Below, piece after piece: positions 33,467 to 39,357 of a DNA stretch of 39,357 nt. Both the position numbers and the translations under genes were made by a program. Below the pieces are notes generated by a model. The model had not been told where the DNA came from. It did not search any database and saw only the letters and a list, made by a program, of their open reading frames with translations. The DNA is taken from positions 1 to 39,357 of IMG/VR virus record IMGVR_UViG_3300048897_000022, one strand, 5' to 3'. Within the stretch, counting starts at the first letter, position 1. Every line of letters begins with the position of its first letter. Origin of the DNA: a virus. Taxonomy: Duplodnaviria > Caudoviricetes.

Positions 33467-34735
33467 ATGAGCAATAGTTTTTCCAAGGAAGAGCGCGTCG
33501 CGTTTGAGAATGTGGTAGAGGGTTTCGAAGACGCCCTTGTCCTGTCTCGCAATGTGGCGACGTATAACACTGATCAAACCATGATGGCGCGCACTAATGA
33601 CGTCATTTGGCGCCCAGTGCAGTATATCGCTCAGTCATTCGATGGCATTGACCAAACCGGCAACTTCGGCACCGCAACTCAGCTGTCTGTGCCTGCAACC
33701 ATCGGTTTCAAGAAGTCTTCGCCATGGCTGATGGACGCCATCGAACTGCGCGATGCTCTGCAAGAAAACCGCCTGGGAGAGGCTGCCAAACAAAAGCTGG
33801 CCTCCGATATCAACGTCGCCGTGATGGGCGTCGCCGCATCGCAAGGCACCCTGTTTGTGAAGCGCTCGACCGCAGCAACCGGCTTCGATGACGTAGCCGC
33901 ATGCGAGGCGATCTTCAACGAGCAAGGTGTCCCGCACGACCAGCGCTATCTGGCCCTGTCCACCCGTGATTACAACGGCATGGCGTCGAATTTGGCCAGT
34001 CGTCAGACCATGCAGGGCAAGCCTGTTACCGCCTACGAAAAGGCATATGTAGGCCTGGTGGCAAGTTTTGATACTTACAAGCTGGACTATGCAAACCGTC
34101 AAGCTGCTGCGGCTGGCGGTGGCGGCATCACCATCAGCACCTTGGCAGGTGGCGGCAATGTGTATGTGCCACGAGCAACCTCGACCGCAACCACGGGCGA
34201 AACCAACAACGTGGACAACCGCTATCAGGTCGTGACCGTTTCGTCTACCACCAACGTGGCCGCAGGCGATGCCTTCACCGTGGGTAACGTAAACGCAGTT
34301 CATCACATCACCAAAGGCGACACCGGTCAGCTGAAAACCTTCCGTGTAATTGCGGTGAACTCGTCCACTACCATGACGATCAGCCCACCAATGATTACCG
34401 GCCAGGGTGGCACCGATGCGGAATTGATGTACAAGAACTGCGTTGTCAACACTGCTGCGTCGAATGCGGCCATCACGTTCCTGAACACCGTGTCCAACTC
34501 GGTCAATCCGTTCTGGTACAAGGATTCGATTGAGCTGCTGCCAGGCCGCTATGCAGTGCCGGAGAATGCTGGTGCCGCCGTGATGCGTGCGACCACTGAG
34601 CAAGGCATTGAGCTGGTCTTCCAGAAGTTCTACGACATCAAGACCATGAAGACGCTCTTCCGTATTGACACCCTGTTCGGTGTCTGCATGAAAGATCCAG
34701 AAAAAGCCGGCCTCATGATGTTCTCACAATCTTGA
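33467..34735 (+). CDS. Major capsid protein (P22 gp5 coat family)
   Basis: IWRPVQY...QLSVPAT..., I-domain AGDAFTV, RIDTLFGV...PEKAG. Confidence 0.92.
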   Translation: MSNSFSKEERVAFENVVEGFEDALVLSRNVATYNTDQTMMARTNDVIWRPVQYIAQSFDGIDQTGNFGTATQLSVPATIGFKKSSPWLMDAIELRDALQENRLGEAAKQKLASDINVAVMGVAASQGTLFVKRSTAATGFDDVAACEAIFNEQGVPHDQRYLALSTRDYNGMASNLASRQTMQGKPVTAYEKAYVGLVASFDTYKLDYANRQAAAAGGGGITISTLAGGGNVYVPRATSTATTGETNNVDNRYQVVTVSSTTNVAAGDAFTVGNVNAVHHITKGDTGQLKTFRVIAVNSSTTMTISPPMITGQGGTDAELMYKNCVVNTAASNAAITFLNTVSNSVNPFWYKDSIELLPGRYAVPENAGAAVMRATTEQGIELVFQKFYDIKTMKTLFRIDTLFGVCMKDPEKAGLMMFSQS

Positions 34736-34745
34736 TCCATGGAAA

Positions 34746-34784
34746 CATCGCAGGTAATGGAAACATCTTCCATAACCTGCGATG
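34746..34784 (+). other. Long intergenic hairpin after the coat gene
   Basis: catcgcaggt-a-atggaa/ttccat-a-acctgcgatg, 16 bp with one A-A mismatch. Confidence 0.75.
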
Positions 34785-34818
34785 GATGACCAGAATTATT
34801 TAATTTAAAGGAAATATC

Positions 34819-35448
34819 ATGCAAAACGTTGTATATCCTTTTGGCCAAGTCACTCTGAATCTGACTGCCGGCCAAAGTATTGCGGTGGCCACCAACGCGG
34901 AAACGATGGTCTACCAAAATGGCAATTTCCCGAACTACCCAGCGTCCAAGATCCTGCTGGGTACTGTGATTGGCGGCGCTGCCGGCGTAACTGCTGGCAA
35001 TAACAACGGCCAAACTGTGTTCGGCCCATTCGCCTCTGGCGCGCAAATCATTGTCGAGAGTGGCGCCGAGGCGAGTTATTACGAGATCGGCGTGTCTCCT
35101 GTCGTGCAGATGCTGTACAGCGCACAGGTCTCGACTACCCCTGTCGCAGTCAACGTGACCGGCGCCGTGTCTGCGGCCGCAATCATGGGTGGCCTGGTCA
35201 CGTCCACCACTGCGGCGGCCGTGGCTGGCACCATCCCCACTGGCACTGTCATGGATCAGGCAAGCAACTTCTCGATCAATGACTCGATCGACTGGTCTGT
35301 GGTCAATACTGGCGGCAATACCTTCACCGTTACTGCTGCTTCTGGTCACACCATCGTCGGCTCTGCTGCGGTGGCTACTGTCACCTCGGGCCGTTTCCGC
35401 ACTGTGAAGACCGCAGCCGCAACCTTCATCACTTACCGTCTGGCTTAA
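34819..35448 (+). CDS. Putative capsid decoration/auxiliary protein
   Basis: Strong RBS; directly after coat and before a terminator; A/T/G/V-rich. Confidence 0.6.
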   Translation: MQNVVYPFGQVTLNLTAGQSIAVATNAETMVYQNGNFPNYPASKILLGTVIGGAAGVTAGNNNGQTVFGPFASGAQIIVESGAEASYYEIGVSPVVQMLYSAQVSTTPVAVNVTGAVSAAAIMGGLVTSTTAAAVAGTIPTGTVMDQASNFSINDSIDWSVVNTGGNTFTVTAASGHTIVGSAAVATVTSGRFRTVKTAAATFITYRLA

Positions 35449-35458
35449 ATCTGGCGCC

Positions 35459-35484
35459 GCCAGGGGCTTCGGCTCCTGGCTTTT
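35459..35484 (+). terminator. Intrinsic terminator after the capsid genes
   Basis: gccaggggc-TTCG-gctcctggc-tttt. Confidence 0.85.
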
Positions 35485-35498
35485 CATCTGAGGTTGAC

Positions 35499-35801
35499 AT
35501 GGAATTTCCACGTTTTGTATTCAAGACACCCGGCTCACAGCAGCATGCGAAAGGCACCTACGAAAGCCTACTGACGCATGATGATGCTGACCATGCAGGG
35601 AAGCTCAGTGAAGGTTGGTTTAACACGCTGCCCGAAGCTATTGCCGGCGTTGCCGCTGAAGTCGAGGCAGAAGACGACAATTCACCGCCTACACGCGCAG
35701 AACTGGAGGAAAAGGCAAAATCGCTGAACATCGCTTTTGATGGCCGCACCAGCGATGCTAAACTGCTGAGCAAGATCAACGAGGCTCTGGCCGAGGTGTG
35801 A
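35499..35801 (+). CDS. Hypothetical protein with C-terminal HeH/LEM-like motif
   Basis: TRAELEEKAKSLNIAFDGRTSDAKL. Confidence 0.65.
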   Translation: MEFPRFVFKTPGSQQHAKGTYESLLTHDDADHAGKLSEGWFNTLPEAIAGVAAEVEAEDDNSPPTRAELEEKAKSLNIAFDGRTSDAKLLSKINEALAEV

Positions 35802-35802
35802 C

Positions 35803-36294
35803 ATGAGCTGGACTAAAGGCGAGCTGGTATCCGAGGCTTACAACGAACTGGGCCTCCAGGGATATATCTTCAACGTTGGCCCCGATGAGCGAGAAACCGC
35901 GCTGAAGCGGCTCGACACCATGATGGCCACTTGGAACGGCAAAGGAATCCGCCTGGGCTATCCGCTGCCATCCACCGCTAACGGATCGTCTCTGGAGCAG
36001 GACTCTGCAATCCCAGATTGGTCTATCGAGGCGGTCTATTTGAATTTGGCTGTGCGGCTGTCCGCCGGCTTTGGTAAGCAGATCCCGCCAACAACCGCCA
36101 GTACGGCCAAAGATGCATACAATGTCGTGCTTCAGCAGCTCGCTATGCCGCCTGAGCAGCGCATGCCATCCACAATGCCAAAAGGCGCGGGAAATCGCCG
36201 CTGGGCTGGCGCGTTTGGCGAAATCAATCCATTCTTCCCGACGCCGGTCGATCCGCTCCTGGCCGGCCAGGATGGCGAAATCACTTTCACCTAA
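35803..36294 (+). CDS. Head-tail adaptor (P22 gp4-like)
   Basis: TKGELV..A..ELG...LKRLDTMMATW...NLAVRL...MPKGAGN. Confidence 0.85.
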   Translation: MSWTKGELVSEAYNELGLQGYIFNVGPDERETALKRLDTMMATWNGKGIRLGYPLPSTANGSSLEQDSAIPDWSIEAVYLNLAVRLSAGFGKQIPPTTASTAKDAYNVVLQQLAMPPEQRMPSTMPKGAGNRRWAGAFGEINPFFPTPVDPLLAGQDGEITFT

Positions 36295-36302
36295 GGTAAA
36301 TC

Positions 36303-36767
36303 ATGCCAACCATTAATGAGCTGAGTTCGGCGGATACACTGCAAGGCTCCGATCAGACAGTTATCTATTCGTCCGCAAACGGCGATGCACGCAAGGTCTC
36401 GATGACCACTCTGGCCACGTTTATGGAGTCGGCCGTCACTGAGCAAACCGACTTCCAGACGCAATATTCTGCCACAAATGCATCAGGTTTCAGCGTAACT
36501 ATTGCGCCAATTGTGAGTGGCGGCGATGTATATTTGCTTTTGACGCCAACTGGAGCATTTGCCGCAGGCACGATTGTTTTGCCTCCGGTGGCAGCCTGCA
36601 TTGATGGGCAAGAAGTGCTGATGAACACCACTCAGGCAGTGACCACGCTGACGGTAAGTGGTAATGGTGCGACCGCTGTCAACGGCGCTCCGACTACGCT
36701 GGCGGCAAACGCTTTCTTCCGCCTGCGCTTCGACGGAGTTTTCAAATCTTGGTATAGGATTGGCTGA
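36303..36767 (+). CDS. Putative virion protein
   Basis: MPTINELS...ARKVSM N-terminal adapter motif; beta-rich C-domain. Confidence 0.6.
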   Translation: MPTINELSSADTLQGSDQTVIYSSANGDARKVSMTTLATFMESAVTEQTDFQTQYSATNASGFSVTIAPIVSGGDVYLLLTPTGAFAAGTIVLPPVAACIDGQEVLMNTTQAVTTLTVSGNGATAVNGAPTTLAANAFFRLRFDGVFKSWYRIG

Positions 36768-36769
36768 TC

Positions 36770-36952
36770 ATGGCTGGCAAGAAATTCATTCAAGAGGCGA
36801 TCAAGAAGCCAGGTGCGCTTCGTGAGACCTTGCATGCCAAAGCTGGCAAGGATATTCCAGCCAAAGCTCTGGCGAAAGCTGCAAAAAAGCCCGGCGTGAC
36901 TGGACAACGCGCACGGTTTGCTGAAACTTTGAAGAAAATGAACAAAAAATGA
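36770..36952 (+). CDS. 60-aa Lys/Ala-rich basic protein
   Basis: FIQEAIKKPGALRETL...QRARFAETLKK; fills the gap. Confidence 0.7.
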   Translation: MAGKKFIQEAIKKPGALRETLHAKAGKDIPAKALAKAAKKPGVTGQRARFAETLKKMNKK

Positions 36953-37257
36953 GCGCCTTCCAACCATTCTCTCCTCATTACGGAACAAACCAGATCCTGG
37001 CTGCTGCTGTTGGCGCTGCGGTGGCCAACATTGACCCGGTGGACAAGAGCGTGCGCATCGTCAATACCGGCTCAAACCCGGCATATGTGCGCCTGTATAA
37101 GAGTGACGCAAATCCGGCGCCATCCGCATCGACTGCTGATTTTCGTGTGCAGCCCGGCAGTTCCAGCACGCTGACTAAGGCGGATGGACAGGATCGGATT
37201 TCGTATATCTCGGCGCTTGGCACCAACATTGAGGTCATGACTGGCGAGGGCTGGTAA
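36949..37257 (+). CDS. Putative small virion protein
   Basis: ATGA-coupled; beta-rich; ends MTGEGW. Confidence 0.65.
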   Translation: MSAFQPFSPHYGTNQILAAAVGAAVANIDPVDKSVRIVNTGSNPAYVRLYKSDANPAPSASTADFRVQPGSSSTLTKADGQDRISYISALGTNIEVMTGEGW

Positions 37258-37259
37258 TC

Positions 37260-37652
37260 ATGGTTGACGCAATGAGCGGGGCGCCCTTCAATCCCCAGCA
37301 ATCGGCCGTAACACGCCCACTGAACAGCGCTTTTCAAATCAGTGAAACACGTCCGGCCCAAGTCGCCTACAGCGTGCAATCAACGGTAACGGCGAATATT
37401 GGCGGGAGCCAGAATGGTGATGTAATTCTCGAAATCGCAAATGATTCCGGCTTTTCGTCTGGAGTGCAAACGTTGTCAATTTCTGGGCAGGGGCAGGCGT
37501 ACACGCTTGCGGTAGCGCTTCAGGGGGTGCAGCCGATGACTGGAGTTGTTTCAGGAATGGTGCCGGCCGGTGCTTGGGTTCGCATCAGAACCGTCAATAA
37601 CACGGGCGCGCCAACCTATTCATTCCGCAGTGGCCAAGAGGTACTGATGTAA
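37260..37652 (+). CDS. Putative virion protein
   Basis: RPLNSAFQISETR...MVPAGAWVRIR...QEVL fibre-tip-like domain. Confidence 0.6.
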   Translation: MVDAMSGAPFNPQQSAVTRPLNSAFQISETRPAQVAYSVQSTVTANIGGSQNGDVILEIANDSGFSSGVQTLSISGQGQAYTLAVALQGVQPMTGVVSGMVPAGAWVRIRTVNNTGAPTYSFRSGQEVLM

Positions 37653-39064
37653 TGCAAATCCCCATCCTTCAGGGCGCCTACTCCGATGAGAGTGCGGATT
37701 TCCGTACTTCCTATCCTCGTAATATGGTGCCAGTCCCAAAAGACCAGGGGATCTCCCAGGGCTATCTGCGCCCTGCGGATGGGATTGTTCAGTTTGCGAC
37801 TGGCCCCGGCCTTGATCGCGGCGCCATCAACTGGAACGGCGTCTGTTATCGGGCGATGGGCAGCTCGCTGGTAAAAGTCAACGCGGACGGATCAGTTTCC
37901 AGCCTGGGGACGATTGTTGGCAGCGAGCAAGTCGCTATGGATTACTCCTTTGATCGGCTTGCTATTGCTGCCGGCGGGAGGCTGTACTACTACAATGGCG
38001 GATCACTTACACAGGTCACAGACCCAGACCTGGGAACGGTGCTCGATGTGATTTGGGTTGACGGCTACTTCATGACGACTGACGGGACGTCCCTCGTTGT
38101 CACTGACCTGAATGACCCGTTGTCCGTCAACCCATTGAAGTACGGTTCAAGTGAGGTTGATCCCGATCCAATCGTTGCGATTTGGAAGCTGCGCAATGAG
38201 CCGCACGCCGTCAACAGGTACACGATTGAGGTGTTCAATAACGTTGGTGGAACCGGCTTCCCGTTCCAGCGGAATGAAGGCGCACAATTCCAACGCGGAG
38301 CGGTCGGCACGCATGCCTGCTGCATCTTTACTGGCGGTGCTGGTGAGGCACTTGCCTTTGTCGGTGGTGGTAGAAATGAGCCTTGTGCTGTCTGGTTTGG
38401 CGCGAATAGCCAAACCGTGAAGATCTCAACACGAGAAATTGACACAATTTTGCAGGAGTATTCCGATGCGCAACTCGCCTTGACTGTGCTGGAAACGCGC
38501 ATTGATAAGTCCCATCAGCATCTGTTGGTTCACCTGCCTGACCAGACGTTAGTATATGATGCCGCAGCATCGCAGGCGGCGAGTACTCCGGTTTGGTTCA
38601 CGCTAACCTCATCCAATGTTGGTCGAGGTCAATACCGGGGCCGCAACCTAGTATGGGTGTATGGGAAATGGCTCGTTGGCGACACGATTGCCCCGAATGT
38701 TGGCGTTCTGGATAACTCGATTTCCACGCATTACGGGAGCTTGACTGGTTGGGACTTCCAGACGCAGATTGTCTACAACGAGAGCATGGGCGCAATTTTC
38801 CATCGGCTGGAGCTTGTTGCATTGCCTGGCCGCGTGAAGCTTGGTGCTGATCCGGTTGTATGGACGTCCTATAGTACTGATGGCGAAACCTGGAGCCAGG
38901 AGAAGACATGTTCAGCCGGCCGGCAGGGTGATAGGGAGCGGCGCCTTACCTGGCTGCGTCAGGGCCATATGCGCAACTACCGCATCCAGAAGTTCCGAGG
39001 CACCAGCGATGCGTTTATTTCGTTTGCGCGCCTGGAGGCCGCACTGGAGCCGCTGTATGCCTAA
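37652..39064 (+). CDS. Packaged-DNA stabilisation protein / tail hub (P22 gp10-like)
   Basis: YPRNMVPVPK...YLR; SEVDPD.IV; S.S.DG.TWSQE. Confidence 0.9.
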   Translation: MQIPILQGAYSDESADFRTSYPRNMVPVPKDQGISQGYLRPADGIVQFATGPGLDRGAINWNGVCYRAMGSSLVKVNADGSVSSLGTIVGSEQVAMDYSFDRLAIAAGGRLYYYNGGSLTQVTDPDLGTVLDVIWVDGYFMTTDGTSLVVTDLNDPLSVNPLKYGSSEVDPDPIVAIWKLRNEPHAVNRYTIEVFNNVGGTGFPFQRNEGAQFQRGAVGTHACCIFTGGAGEALAFVGGGRNEPCAVWFGANSQTVKISTREIDTILQEYSDAQLALTVLETRIDKSHQHLLVHLPDQTLVYDAAASQAASTPVWFTLTSSNVGRGQYRGRNLVWVYGKWLVGDTIAPNVGVLDNSISTHYGSLTGWDFQTQIVYNESMGAIFHRLELVALPGRVKLGADPVVWTSYSTDGETWSQEKTCSAGRQGDRERRLTWLRQGHMRNYRIQKFRGTSDAFISFARLEAALEPLYA

Positions 39065-39357
39065 GCTGAATCTCACCCGCCAACAACTTGCTGCCTTTTG
39101 CCCTGATCATCAGACGATTCGTGCATTTGAGCAGATTTTTGAACAGGTTGATACGGTATTGCCCGACACTGGCGATGAGGCAAACAACAACGCCAACCTT
39201 GCGATTGCTGCGGCCCAGGCTGCGCTTTCTGCAATTTCCGATATCCTGGGCCAGTTGCAGCTTGTCCTGAATGCGCCGATGGTCGAACCAGTCTTCCCAG
39301 AGGATTACGCGCCGGCTATTCCGTACGGGACTATCGCATACCAAAACGCCGATGCGG
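39057..39357 (+). CDS. 5' part of tail needle/fibre-like protein (continues at 128..747)
   Basis: ATG 39057 with GGAG RBS; MPKLNLTRQQLAAFCPDHQTIRAFEQIF followed by a coiled coil. Confidence 0.75.
   Translation, partial: MPKLNLTRQQLAAFCPDHQTIRAFEQIFEQVDTVLPDTGDEANNNANLAIAAAQAALSAISDILGQLQLVLNAPMVEPVFPEDYAPAIPYGTIAYQNADA
39231..39357. repeat. 127-bp terminal direct repeat (copy of 1-127)
   Basis: Exact identity with the window start. Confidence 0.95.

Noticed and set aside
1-39357. CRISPR array, DGR/retron, IS element, introns or alternative genetic code
   Set aside because: No repeat-spacer array, reverse transcriptase or transposase motifs were seen; core genes are uninterrupted in the standard code

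Overview
This window is an apparently complete, circularly permuted genome of a P22-like (podovirus-type) tailed phage. The unique length is about 39,230 bp, because bases 1-127 repeat at 39231-39357. The SSB sequence suggests a Betaproteobacterial host (inference). The + strand late module runs 27519 through the origin to 10304: terS, terL, portal, scaffold, P22-type coat, gp4, gp10, needle, cupin, Asp/Asn beta-hydroxylase-like enzyme, three ejection proteins, tailspike and lysis genes. A leftward early arm (19114 to 10333) carries HNH, ERF, SSB, Gp157, Lar and Ea22-like genes. A rightward early arm (19300 to 27435) carries Cro-like, NinB, DUF1364, VRR-NUC, HNH, methylase, Rha/ANT and replication genes, then a structured RNA region and tRNAs. 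I could not recognise an integrase, CI, N/Q antiterminator or spanin, and the two early promoters sit back to back with no gene between them. The most striking feature is that each early operon contains a P1 c4 / P4 CI-like RNA element. Both have the same nested b1-a1-a'-b' complementarity ending in a U-tract but use different recognition sequences, which suggests RNA-only control of both arms. Other leads are a 33-aa peptide plus 4-TM protein coupled to the holin, a cupin/hydroxylase pair among virion genes, a tail-less SSB with a separate IPF-ended peptide, a G-tract next to a headless replication initiator, and an aberrant tRNA-like gene. All family assignments are by motif recognition; no searches were run.
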